A stretch of 64,000 bases of DNA from Octopus vulgaris. Taxonomy: Eukaryota. The DNA is taken from positions 7,254,001-7,318,000 of the forward strand of contig OX597816.1 in assembly GCA_951406725.2 (NCBI GenBank). Reading direction: 5' to 3'. Below are positions 16,040 through 27,961 of the stretch, one piece after another. Below the pieces are notes generated by a model that made no database searches, had not been told where the DNA came from, and saw only the letters and a list, made by a program, of their open reading frames with translations. The translations under genes were made by a program, and so were the position numbers. Positions within the stretch are counted from its first letter, which is position 1. Each line of letters starts with the position of its first letter.

Positions 16040-16470
16040 TGGTGTTGTTGTTGTTGTTTTCCTACTCCTCCTCCTTCTTTTTCTCCTCTCCTCCTCCTTG
16101 TCGTCGTCGTCCTCCTTCCTCTTCTCCTCCTCCACTTCCTTCTTCTCCTCTTTCTTCTTCTCCACTTCCTTCTTCTCCTCTTCCTTCTTCTCCTCTTTCT
16201 TCTTCTCCTCCTCTTCTTATTCTTGTTCTTGTTCTTCTTCTTCTTCCACTTGTTGTTGTTGTTGTTGGTGCTGTTGTTGCTGTTGTTGTTGTTGTTGTTC
16301 TTCTTCTTCTTCTTCTTCTTCTTCTTCTTCTTCTTCTCTTCCTTCTTCTCCTTCTCCTTCTTCTTCTTCTTCTTCTTCTTCTTCTTCTTCCTTCTTCTCC
16401 TTCTTCTTCTTCTTCTTCTTCTTCTTCTTCTTCTTCTTCTTCTTCTTCTCCACTTCCTCCTCCTCCTCCT
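16040..16470. repeat. (CTT)n/(CCT)n/(GTT)n array
   Basis: Directly visible. Confidence 0.95.
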
Positions 16471-17259
16471 TGTAGTCCCACCGTCACTATATATTCTTAT
16501 TGATTAAAAACTTCTTCTTCAGTTCGCTAAACCAACCGCTTTTTTCTTCTTTTTTGTTTTGTTTGTTTCTTCTTCTTCTTCTCGTTTCAACAGCCTCAGG
16601 TACCAGTAACCTTTCTGAACACCGTTTCGTTTTTCTTCAAGTATCTTCTTTGAAGTACTTTACATCATCATTGGCTTCCGATCTTTTTGATCTTCTCATT
16701 TCCAATATTTCCTGCCCTGAGTCTTACATATCATGATATAATATAAACTGCCTTTCATTTCAAAACTTTATCATTATCGACCTTCAATTCTCCCTTCATC
16801 TTCACCACAGTACATTTTCAAGATAATGTTAATATTTTCACTAAAACACGCATTTTTTTTTCTCTGCCAGTCATTTCGACCACATCAAACATGCTCCATT
16901 AGAATCATCTCCATAGATCTGTGGTTCGTTTCAAACAAAAATTGGAGTTTTAATGTGACACTAAAATGTCATTTCTGAATATTTTAGTAACGATACGCAA
17001 GTGTCGTCTGCTATTGAATGAATTTCACCGCCATCTTTATTATTTTCTTCAGTTTTTTTATTTATTTTGGTTTGTTTTCTATGTTATTAGGATGGTGATG
17101 ATAATTTGTGGAAATCATGATGTTGATGATGATTAAATGGAGATGTAAAAGAAAAAAAATTATGACAATGAGAATCCAGTGATTTCAGACAGAACTGTAA
17201 TTATTGTTCTTATCACCACCGTCAACATCGCTGCTACTACATGAAGATGTTTATACAGC

Positions 17260-17642
17260 CATCATAAATCCTCTTCTCCCTCCTTATCATCGTCCTCGTT
17301 GTCGTTGCCCCCGCCGCCGCCGCCGTCGTCGTCATCATCGTCGTCGTCATCACCATCATCATCATCATCATCATCATCACCACCACCACCACCATCACCA
17401 CCACCATCATCGTCATCATCAGTATCATCATCATCATCATCATTGTCACCACCACCACCACCACCACCACCACCACCATCACCATCCTCATCACCACCAC
17501 CACCATCATCATCATCATCGTCGCCACCACCACCACCATCATCATCATCGCCGTCACCACCACCATCATCATCATCATCATCGTCACCACCACCACCATC
17601 ATCATCATCACCATCCTCATCACCACCACCACCACCACCACC

Positions 17643-17676
<34 letters not shown>

Positions 17677-17685
17677 TCATCATCA
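17260..17685. repeat. (CAT)n/(CAC)n array
   Basis: Directly visible. Confidence 0.95.
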
Positions 17686-18194
17686 CAGTCAAATAAGTGC
17701 CTTATTGTTTTGTTATCCCAGCTTCTTTTCATAGTTTTTTTAAAATTCTCGTTTAATATTGCATAACAACATGTGTATGTGTGTGTATGAGTATGTGTGT
17801 ATGAATGTACGCGTGTGTAAATGTGTGTGTGTGAGTGTGTGTGTATGAGTGCACGCGCGTAAGTATGTGTGTTCGTATGTGTGTATGTTAGTGCGTGTGT
17901 GTTGTGTTGTGTTGTATGTGTGTGGATGTGGATGTTTATATGCAAACGAAGAAATATAAGGGATTTCTATTCCCCTTTTCTTTTGTCCCCTCCTCCCACC
18001 GTTTCCTCTAACCAGTCCCCTTCTGTGATCTCCCGGCAGACATGAAAACCATGGAGATATTTGTTTACATCCGTGATTTCTGGTCAACATAATTAGTTCG
18101 CAGTGTCTTCATTGTTTCACTCTTTATCTTCAGAGACTTTCATTATCCAGAAGAATGGATTACACCGAACTGAAAAAGAAGAAAGGAATTTATT

Positions 18195-18810
18195 CTTATC
18201 TACTCTAGACACAAGGCCCGAAATTTTGAGGGAAGGGGGCCAGTCGATTAGATTGACCCCAGTACACAACTGGTACTTAATTTATCGACCCCGAAAGAAT
18301 GAAAGGCAAAGTCGACCTCGGCGGAATTTGAACTCAGAATGTAAAGACAGGCGAAATACCGCTGAGCATTTCGCCCGGCGTGCTAACGTTTCTTATTTCT
18401 TTACTACCCACAATGGGCTAAACATAGAGGGGACAAACAAGGACAGACAAAAGGATTAAGTCATTTAGATTGACCCCAGTACGCAACTGTTACTTAATTT
18501 ACCGACCCCGAAAGGATGAAAGGCAAAGTCAACCTCGGCGAAATTTGAACTTAGAACGTAAAGACCGACGAAATACCTATTTCTTTACTACCCACAAGGG
18601 GCTAAACACAGAGCGGACGAACAAGGACAGACAAACGGATTAAGTCGATTATATCGACCCCAGTGCGTAACTGGTACTTATTTAATCGACCCCAAAAGGA
18701 TGAAAGGCAAAGTGGACCTTGGCGGAATTTGAACTCCGAACGTAACGGCAGACGAAATACTGCTAGTAATTCGCCCGGCGCGCTAACGTTTCTGCCAGCT
18801 CGTCGCCTTT
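18195..18810 (-). mobile_element. SINE family A tandem/nested multimer
   Basis: Three repeats of the central domain; head at the right end. Confidence 0.8.
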
Positions 18811-18894
18811 CACTGTTTAAATAATTAATTCCTTTTATGGTCGGTTCATTCCTCTCTTAATCCAATAAATTTGTCAATGACAAGTTGAGAATAT

Positions 18895-19226
18895 ACGAGC
18901 TGCCTTCACAAAGTATCCGATTTTATTTTTACGCCAAAACTAATACCGCGTGGGTAAGATCCTTTGAGTGCAAGGTCATGTCACCCTTCCTACTCATGAG
19001 TGAAACTTTTCGCGCCGTTAAGTCGCGCCAATTCACGGCTGTTACGCCTAGAGTACAGATGTGTAGTGAGCGACGGTCGGATTTTCGTTTTCATGCAAAA
19101 TGGCCGAACGTACCAAGCAGAGACTATAAACCCTCGCCTCATCACCAGGAATGATGGTCTTCACCAAGCCTGAGTCGTGGTTTGCACAGTCGAGCATGTC
19201 CTGAGCGATTTCCATACAAAGTTGCT
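18895..19226. mobile_element. Rearranged mariner remnant
   Basis: TIR-like TACGAGCTGCCTTCACAAAGTATCCGATTTTATTTT; + strand 5' end MAERTKQR; inverted piece QLCMEIAQDMLDCANHDSGLVKTIIPGDEARVY (cf. mariner IITGDETWVY). Confidence 0.6.
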
Positions 19227-19278
19227 TATAGAAAATTACTATTTGTAAATCTCACAACGAGAGATATTCAGCAACACT

Positions 19279-19722
19279 ACTTTGGAGTAAAGATTGTTTG
19301 CCAACATAACATGGCAGTCCTGGTTTAGCACTAACATTGCTGTAGTTTAGCCCCAGGAGACATCGTCTCTAGCTGGCTATACGACGCGATCTGTGTCCTT
19401 ATATTTTCAAACAAGGGAATCTAGCACCCCCACTCAGCTCAAAACAATATCTGTGTATCGCGATTTCCGGTTATTTCCCTTCATCTGCACAGAATAATTG
19501 TTCGGCTGGTGCTGATGAAGGGAAATAACCCGGAAATCGCGATACACAGATATTGTTTTGAGCTGAGTGGAGGTACTAGAGTCCCTTGTTCCAAAATATA
19601 AGGACACAGATTGTGTCGTATAGCCAGCTGGAGACGATGTCTCCTGGGGCTAAATTACAGCAACATTCGTCCTAAACCAGGACTGCCATGTTATGCTGGC
19701 AAACAATCTTTATTCCAAAGTT
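19279..19722. mobile_element. Fold-back element with ~210-bp inverted arms and a hammerhead motif at the inner ends
   Basis: Arms 19279-19490 and 19509-19722 are imperfect reverse complements. Confidence 0.8.
19509..19547 (+). ncRNA. Minimal type I hammerhead ribozyme-like motif
   Basis: GUG-CUGAUGA-A-GGG aaauaa CCC-G-GAAA-UCGCGA-UA-CAC: intact core, palindromic stem III (AUCGCGAU), stem I GUG/CAC; one extra nt before GAAA. The mirror copy on the left arm has CAGAUGA. Confidence 0.65.
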
Positions 19723-20029
19723 GCTTTTGTTTTTTGAACGTACCTCGTATATTCTCATTCAGGGTTTATCAAAGAACAACACTACCTGTACTAAAATGTT
19801 TTTCCTTTTGTTATTTACAGTGATTGAAGTTTTATTTTTTACAGATCTGTGGATCACATCCCGCATTCGTCCCTTGAGCTTCAAAGAGCAGTTATCCGAA
19901 GAATGACCAACTGCTTTTCTCAGTTTCTCTAATAATAAACAGATGTGAGACTATAACAAACTCCCCCTATCATTTACTCTATTTCCTCAAGTATTTTTCT
20001 TCACCGTGGGCAGAATTTGCCTCAGCACT

Positions 20030-20580
20030 ACGAGTCAAAGAGCCAACGAGCAAACGAACCAACGAGCCAACGAGCCAACGAGTCAACGAGTCAATGAGCC
20101 GGCGAGTCAAAGAGCCAACGAATCAACGAGCCAGCGAGTCAACGAGTCTACGAACCAACGAATCGAAGAGCCAACGAACCAACGAGCCAGCGAGTCAACG
20201 AGTCAATGAGCCGACGAGTCAAAGAGCCAACGAGCAAACGAACCAACGAGCCAGCGAGTCAACGAGTCAATGAGCCGACGAGTCAAAGAGCCAACGAGCA
20301 AACGAACCAACGAGCCAGCGAGTCAACGAGTCAACGAGCCAACGAGTCAACGAGTCTACGGGTCAACGAGTCAACGAGCCGACGAGTCAAAGAGCCAACG
20401 AGCCAGCGAGTCAACGAGTCTACGAACCAACGAATCGAAGAGCCAACGATCCAACGAGCCAGCGAGTCAACGAGTCAACGAGCCAACGAGTCAAAGAGCC
20501 AACGAGCCAACAAGCCAACAAGCCAAAGTGTCAACGAGCCAACCAGTGAACGAGTCAACGAGCCAACGTATCAAAGAGTC
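20030..20580. repeat. 8-bp-unit minisatellite (GAGYCAAC)n with higher-order blocks
   Basis: GAGTCAAC/GAGCCAAC/GAACCAAC units; identical blocks start 64 bp apart at 20206 and 20270. Confidence 0.9.
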
Positions 20581-20727
20581 ACTCATCAGTTTTACTGTGA
20601 TGTCGCTATTTGCAGAATAGTCTTTTGCTTGTACGCGATACATGTTTGCTCTTAGATGAACTGCTTGATAAGATTCGAACCGTTAGTCACTTGATTCATA
20701 ATAAGTTTTATAATTATTCTTATAATT

Positions 20728-20889
20728 GCTGGCTTGGCTCTGTGGTAAGACGTTTGCTTCTCAACCTGATGGTTCCGGATTTAGTCCCACTGCGCAGTGC
20801 CTTGGGCAAGTATCTCTTACTAATAAGCGTCGGGTCCACCAAAACCTTGAGAGTGGATTTGGTAGACGGAAATTGAAAAAAAGGTCGTC

Positions 20890-20926
<37 letters not shown>

Positions 20927-21152
20927 TATATGTGTGTGTATGTGTGTGTGTGTGTTTTTGTGTTTGTGTTTGTTCCCCACCAATGCTTGATAACCGGTGC
21001 TGGTGAATTTACGTCCTTAGCGGTTCAGCAAAATGAGACCGATAGAATAAGTACGAAGCTTACAAAATAATGGTGGGTCAATTCGTTCGTCCAAGGCGGT
21101 GCCCCAGCATGGCCGCAGTCGAGTGACTGAAACAAGTAAAATGACAAAAGAG
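20728..21152 (+). mobile_element. SINE family B (diverged)
   Basis: Head, CORE-like block, internal microsatellite and tail recognisable. Confidence 0.75.
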
Positions 21153-21156
21153 AGAT

Positions 21157-22183
21157 TATTACCTCTGCCTTAGCTTTTCAGTCGTGTTTGTTTGTTTGTC
21201 CGTGGACAAGATATCTCAAGAACCGTTGGATGGATTTGGATGAGACTTTCAGTAATGTTTGCCCTCGTGTCTAGCACGAACTGATTAGCTTTTGGGATCG
21301 ATTCGCTACCGGACAAGGATTCTGGATTATTTGTTATATTTACTTTACTTTACATAAAGTATTACGATCTTACGTTCACTTTCAAGTCTTTCTCTGATTA
21401 TCTCCCTTGAAAGCACGCTCATGTCTTCTACTAGTTATGATGGCGTTGCTGTTTCCAAAGTTTTATTTTCGTTTCTCTATTATTAATTTTACTCGTGTCT
21501 CTATCTTAGTAGAAACTGATGGATAAAGTAATCAAACTACATAAACAAACGGCACCAAAACCATTCAGAAATTAAATTACACTAACATATTCAGTAACAA
21601 TAATAAATTTAATTTATTCTCGGCAATTTTTAGCTTTACCAATTTTGAATATATCGCTCCTGTTTAAAACCTCTTACCTACTTGACAATTGCATTTCTAG
21701 CTCTGCCTTGAAAGAAGCTTTATATCTTGGGCTCCCGATTTTGTGTGCACGATGTTGATAAACCTCCGTTAACAGCACCGTATGCAGGTCCTTTCCGCTT
21801 TTTTCACACACAGATAAATTTTTCACTATAGACCTTAATAGTCGAAAAGGCACTATATTAATGGATAGACTAAAAAAGGCCTTCATAGAGAAAACTGTCC
21901 CTGTTCCCACTGCAGACAATACACACACAGCATTACAAACACACTCCTTTACATTCCATGACTTTCATTGGGATCGATCAGGTACCGGACAAGAATTCCG
22001 GATTAGTTTTCCTGTTTTTATACTTAAGTTTTGAGAGCGGTCGGGTTCCATTTTAGTATTCTTATTTGTGAGAGCATTCGAGTTTATTTCAGATATTCTC
22101 ACTTTAAAAATCATCTCCGGTTAATCGTTGAGAGGACCTTGGTGTTGCCTTGGCGGAAGTTTGCGCTCTCTGAGTGCGCTTGT
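21157..22183 (+). mobile_element. Helentron-associated non-autonomous element (HINE/DINE-1-like)
   Basis: 5' TTATTACCTCTGCC followed by (TTTG)n; 3' subterminal TTGGCGGAAG plus hairpin GCGCTCtctGAGTGC; internal duplicated TTGGGATCGAT..TACCGGACAAG block. Confidence 0.6.
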
Positions 22184-22242
22184 TATAATTATAATGTAGC
22201 ATGTCTTCTAGATCAATTACACCACCATGATATTTCATAACA

Positions 22243-22625
22243 GTTTCAAATTTTGGCACAAGGCCAGCAAGTTCGGGGGTGAGTGCTCAACTCCGAGAGG
22301 ATTAACAGCAGAGTCAACCACGATGAAATTTGAACTAAGGACGTAAAGACGGACGAAAATGCCGCTATTTGCCTGTCGTGGTAACGATCCTTATTTTTTT
22401 ATTGCCCAGAAGGGACAAACAAGGACAGACAAACGGATTAAGTCGATTACATCGACCCCATTGCGTAACTGGTACTTAATTTATCCACCCCTGAAAAGAT
22501 GAAAGGCAAAGTCGACCTCGGCGGAATTTGAACTCAGACGAAATACCGCTAAGCATTTCGCCCGGCGTGCTAACGATTCTGCCAGCTTGCCGCCGTCGTG
22601 GTAACGATTCTGGCAGCTCGCCGCT
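22243..22625 (-). mobile_element. SINE family A (nested/diverged copies)
   Basis: Reverse-complement head and central domain. Confidence 0.7.
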
Positions 22626-22925
22626 TTTCCATGTTATTTCATAATAATAACTCGAAATAAAATCAATAACTACAAGATAGAACTGCTTTCTATATTTACA
22701 GTATTTCCAGTTGTAACGACCAAGCGAATGTTTTGTCTTTCTTCAGACTATAATACTGCAGTATTACAATAACGATATCGCTGTCTCTTGCCAGGCTATA
22801 CCGGAATGCTTTCTTCATGTATTTCCTCAGCTGTTTCGATGTCCACGATTTTTAGCGGATGTGGAAATACGGGTTGGGCTCCTTGTAATTTTGCATTATC
22901 GGTACGGATGGACACTAAATCTATA

Positions 22926-23093
22926 GGCGCAGGAGTGGCTGTGTGGCAAGTAGCTTGCTTACCAGCCACATGGTTCCGAGTTCATTCCTACTGTGTGGCA
23001 TCTTGGGCAAGTGCCTTCTACTATAGCCTCGGGCCGACCAAAGCCTAGTGAGTGGATTTGGGAGACAGAAACTGAAAGCCTGTCGTATATATG

Positions 23094-23144
<51 letters not shown>

Positions 23145-23341
23145 CACGAAGCTTTGTCAGTGAACAGGTCGCGGTCTCAAAGCGACGAAGATATTTTGAC
23201 AAATTAAATTTAAATGTTGAAGTGAATCGAACGGTTTTTGTGTGTTTCTTAAATGGCTTATAAACACCTTCCACGTTGCAATTGTTTTCGCTCCAACACA
23301 CGATCTCAGATCAAGTCATTGGCTATGCAAGTACATCTCCG

Positions 23342-23397
<56 letters not shown>

Positions 23398-23592
23398 TTG
23401 TCCCCCAACATCACTTGGCAACCGATGCTAGAGTGTTTACGTTCCCGTAACTTAGCGGTTCAGCAAAAGAAACCGATAGAATAAGTACTAGGCTTACAAA
23501 GAATAAGTCCTGGGGTCGATTTGCTCGACTAAAGGCGGTGCTCCAGCATGGCCGCAGTCAAATGACTGAAACAAGTAAAAGAGAGTAAAAGA
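22926..23592 (+). mobile_element. SINE family B with a ~200-bp insertion (23143-23344) inside its (TA)n
   Basis: 5' half 22926-23085, 3' half 23395-23592; the insert is flanked by (TA)n. Confidence 0.85.
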
Positions 23593-23646
23593 GAGCCATT
23601 TGCAGCCTCCCCTACATAATTCGTCACAATATTTTAAAACTATATA

Positions 23647-23860
23647 AGGCGGTGAACTGGAAGAATCGTTCGCATGCCGGACGAAATGCTTAGTGGCATT
23701 TCATCAGTCTTTAGGGGCTGAGTTCAAATTCCGCCGATGTCGACTTTGCCTTTCATCCTTACTGTGTCGATAAATTAGGTACCAGTTGAATACTGGGGTC
23801 CATGTAATCGACTTACTCTCCTCCCACGAAATTGCTGGCTTTGTGCCAAAATTTGAAACG
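23647..23860 (+). mobile_element. SINE family A (diverged)
   Basis: Head and central domain present. Confidence 0.75.
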
Positions 23861-23891
23861 AATATTTCAGAAGTATATATTTTATATAATA

Positions 23892-24286
23892 CTAGCAGTA
23901 TCGCCCGGCGTTGCTCGGGTTTGTAAGGGAAATAACTATATAAGCATTTTTAGAGAGTTATAGCCAAAAAATAGCAAAAAAATGCATTAAAAATGGAAAA
24001 AAAATGATGGTAAATTTTTTTAAAATCGTTGACTCATCGTAGACATTTTTAGAGAGTTACTTCCCTTATATAATAGCGAAAAAATGCATTAAAATGGAAA
24101 AAATGATGGTAATTTTTTTTAAAATCGTAGACTCATCGTAGACGCGCGCTAATACCCAGAAGGGCTCGATATGAATCACGATTATAAGATACCCGGTTTT
24201 GGTTAAACTGCACCGTAAAATGTGGGAGTAGTTAGGAATCTAAATCGTAGGAGACAGACATACAACTTGACTTTTATATATAAAGA
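23892..24286 (-). mobile_element. Non-autonomous Helitron
   Basis: Minus strand begins TCTTTATATATAAAAG and ends with hairpin CCCGAGCAACGCCGGG then CTGCTAG, inserted between A and T; ~100-bp internal tandem duplication. Confidence 0.85.
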
Positions 24287-24769
24287 TATAGCGAGAGACA
24301 GAATTATTTAAGAATGTAAGTAAAGAGACAAGAGAAATAGGGAGAGAAAGAGATATATGATGGGAAATAAATAAGAGAGAATAAAGGCGAGAAAAACATG
24401 GCGGTTAGAAGTGTTTTTGTGTATGTGTGTATGTGCGAGAGGGAGAGAAAAAGAGAGAGAGGCATGTGAGACAGATAAAGATGCTGGCCAAGTTACAAGC
24501 AAGCTGAGCGTCACCTGTTTCTCTCTCTTACTACTTCCTGTTTACGTGTATTAGCTCATGATGTTTTGTGTTCCCCATCAGTTGCAGCCGGTCACATAGG
24601 AGATGTAATACTCCATAGCTTTTTCTTTTTCCCCCGTCGTGTCATTTCAGACAGAATTTCGATCTGGCATTCGATGGTAGGGTACGCTGAAATCACGTGA
24701 TACAGCAGCCCTATCCGACAACGTTAACGAAATTTCATCTGCCGAGATATATATATACACATATACATG

Positions 24770-24816
<47 letters not shown>

Positions 24817-24949
24817 ACGCGCACACACACACACATTTACTCACGTTTTGAGTTCTCTTTTCCAGTTTATCTGCCCAAAACGTTTTCTAAAGAAACAAGG
24901 TGTTTCATTGAAATTTTCACGTGAACTAAGCAACTATCATTGTGTGTAT

Positions 24950-25045
<96 letters not shown>

Positions 25046-25545
25046 TATGTTTGTTGTTTGTGTCTAAAGGTATGTAAAAGTATGTAATATTGAATATTTT
25101 ACTTATTCCCACAATTCTAATAATGGTCCGTAATTGTATTATCTTAATTAGCCGTGTCCTTTCTGGTTTTACAAAGCATTTCAAAATTGATGCTGATACA
25201 GTTACGTATATCCCAACGTTCCACTAATTACAAATATACATCTACACTCATCGCAGACGGAGCAGAGTATTCACCGATTCCTCATTAGTTCGGCAACAGA
25301 AATCTTATTTTTCTTTCATCTTCAACATTATGTTAACGTCTGCTGGACAACCAATTATCACACTAACTATGTTTTTCTTTTCTCCGATTGTAATCGTTAT
25401 GTCTCGTCTGTTTAGCTTACATTTTACTGAGGCTTTGACTGAAATATTCTGCGAATATTCATTCATATTATGGGTAAGTAGGCGTTCTACATTATTCTAC
25501 CCATATCTCTCTCCCTCTCTCTATTTCCCTCTTTCTCCCTATCTC

Positions 25546-26881
25546 CGAGGTGTGTTCAAAACCTATCTGACCTTTGGACATAAAAATAACAATTTTGTAC
25601 ATTCTAAAAAATTTTATATAATCCTCCGCAAAATACTAACCTCGGGAGCCACACAGAACCAGCGGTTCCGCCACTGCTGGTAACATCTCTGAAATGCTTT
25701 CTCCGGAATACTATGGAGCTCTGCCGTCACTTTTCTCATAATTTCCTCTCATGATTGAAATCGCTTAGCTTGTAGCGTGATTATCAATTTGGGGAAAAAC
25801 CAGAAGTCATGCAGTGCCAAGTCAGGAGGGTAGGGAACAAGTCGGGAGGGCAGCCTGTCGAACAAGAGGTATGTTGATCTTGAGCAGGAAAGCTTGGATT
25901 ACGAAGTGCTTTGGAAAAGTGTCCGACTTTATTTTTTCGACGACACTCTCCGCATCTGGAAGATCCGGGAAGAAATTGTGCCAAATTTTGGCATTGTAAG
26001 CTACACCAATGCTAGAACGGGACGACACTGCATAGTGCCAAAGATCCCAGCAATGCTATCACGCTTCAGGACCAGCTACTGCAACAGCCTGGGTTTCAAG
26101 GGCCCACAGCTTTTTAATATTCTCCCAAAGAGTCTGAGGAACTTGCACAAAGTAGATGTAGCGGTTTTAAAATCAAAGCTGGACCTCTTCCTGTCGAGAG
26201 TCCCAGATGAACCTACCTCACGGCAAGAGGTGCAAATGAGGGTAGCTATATCAAACTCTATTCTTCGCCAAGTGCCACATATTAGAGGAGGCTCTTAGTG
26301 TTGCACAAAACGGAGGTGTATCAGCATGGCCGCAGCTCTGAGCTAAAACTAAAAAAAGAAAATCCTTCGTTAAAATGGAATGTGCTTATACCCTCTTCGT
26401 GAGTAATTTCCTAGATTGTTATACGATGGTCGTCCATGACTGTCCCCCGAACCTTCTCAATCCGTTCTTCGTTTCGGATTGTTGATAGGCTGCTCGAGCG
26501 TGCCTAGCTTTTCACCGAGGTGCGGTCATGTTTGAAGTGATTGTAATCCTCCTTAATCTGAGTTTCCTGGCATCATTACTAAAGGCCGGCTGAATCTTCT
26601 GGATTGCTTGAGCATGAGTATCACCAAGCTTCTGTTAAAACTTGATGCAATATCATTGCTCGGTGTCTTCGATCAGCTTACATGAAAACGAAAATACGAC
26701 GAGGGCGCATAACACGTCTGTACTTTAGGCGTAACAGCCGAGAACTGACGCGGCCTATCGGCGCGAAAATTTTCACGCATGCGGAGGAAAGATGGCGTGA
26801 ACTATCACCCAAAGGATTTTGCCTACGCAGCATTAATTTTGGCGGGAAAAATAAAGTCGGGTGTTATTTGAACGCACCTCG
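25546..26881 (-). mobile_element. Decayed mariner composite, interrupted by a LINE fragment
   Basis: TIRs CGAGGTGYGTTCAAA at 25546 and 26881 plus an internal TIR-like copy at ~25902; remnants EQ*YCIKF*QKLG, SILTKDF/QMRRVSSK, PDLALHDFWFFPKL, AFQRCYQQWRNRW. Confidence 0.7.
25954..26360 (+). mobile_element. CR1-group LINE 3' end (ORF2 C-terminus plus short 3' UTR)
   Basis: IWKIREEIVPN...NSLGFKGPQLFNILPKSLRNL...LKSKLDLFLSRVPDEP; tail CAGCATGGCCGCAGCTCTGAGCT then A-rich end. Confidence 0.8.
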
Positions 26882-26965
26882 TGTACACTGTACGATGAAC
26901 GTGATAAATGATAAAATTACAGAAAATAGTGTTCATTTCATAGAGTTATATAAAACACAGAAATA

Positions 26966-27218
26966 CAGTAATCCCTCACCAAATCACGGTTCACCTATCG
27001 CGGCACACCTATCGCGGTACACCTATCGCGGTTCACATATCGCGCTTTATTATTTAAGCTTACATCGATTCCTCTGAGGTGGTGTTATGATAAAATAAAT
27101 ATAAACGAATTATAAAAGTAAAAAGAAAATATACAGTACTGTTTCTACTTCGCGGATTTTCACCTATTGCGGGTTTTTTTTTTAGAACGTAACACCCGCG
27201 ATAATTGAGGGATTGCTG
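26966..27218. mobile_element. pogo/Tigger-like MITE
   Basis: TA-CAGTAATCCCTC ... GAGGGATTGCTG-TA termini; internal CACCTATCGCGG repeats. Confidence 0.75.
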
Positions 27219-27532
27219 TATATATTTCGTGAATATATTTAATATTAAATCATCTTTTATCGTTTATGTGTTTGAATCATTGGAGTGCGGTCAAGCTGGA
27301 GCAGCACCGCATTGGAAGGATTTTAGTCGAACAGATCGACCCCGGGACTCATTTTCAGATGTCCTGCTTATTCTGTCGGAGCCTTTTACCGAACCAGTAA
27401 CTTAAGGAAACGTAAACAAACCAACACTGTTTACTAAGCAATGTAGGGGGGGGAAGCAAACGGACACATTCATATACATATATATATATATATATACATA
27501 TATACATACGACGATCATTGGTTGGGCTAGAA

Positions 27533-27771
27533 CAGTGGTTTCCAAGCATTTTCGGGCTGCCGCCCCCTTGACACTTAGGCCGCATTCCTGGTGACCCCAC
27601 CCAATTAATCATCATAAACATAGACCTCTTTCAAAGCAACTGTAAACCCATTATTTTGTTTGTTTTTACATGAATCGCTACCCCATTGCCACCGCACTTT
27701 TCTTCAACGCCCCTTTGGAACTTTTCACCGCCCACAGGGAGGGGCAATACCGCCCACTTTGGGAATCACTG
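27533..27771. mobile_element. hAT(Charlie)-like MITE within SINE B fragments
   Basis: TIRs CAGTGGTTTCCAA / TTGGGAATCACTG; 8-bp TSD not clean. Confidence 0.6.
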
Positions 27772-27961
27772 GTCTGAGCTATGGTAGAGGACGCTTGCCA
27801 CTGTGTGGCACCTTGGGAAAGTGTCTTCTCCTATATAGCCTCGGGCCGACCAAATCCTTGTGAGTGGATTTGGTAGACGGAAACCGAAAGAAGTCCGTCG
27901 TGTGTATGCATGTATGAATGTATGTCTGTATGTATGCATATATATATATATATATATATAT

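Noticed and set aside
20030-20580. Possible CRISPR-like array or repeat-protein ORF
   Set aside because: No unique spacers; simple 8-bp tandem units; eukaryotic context.
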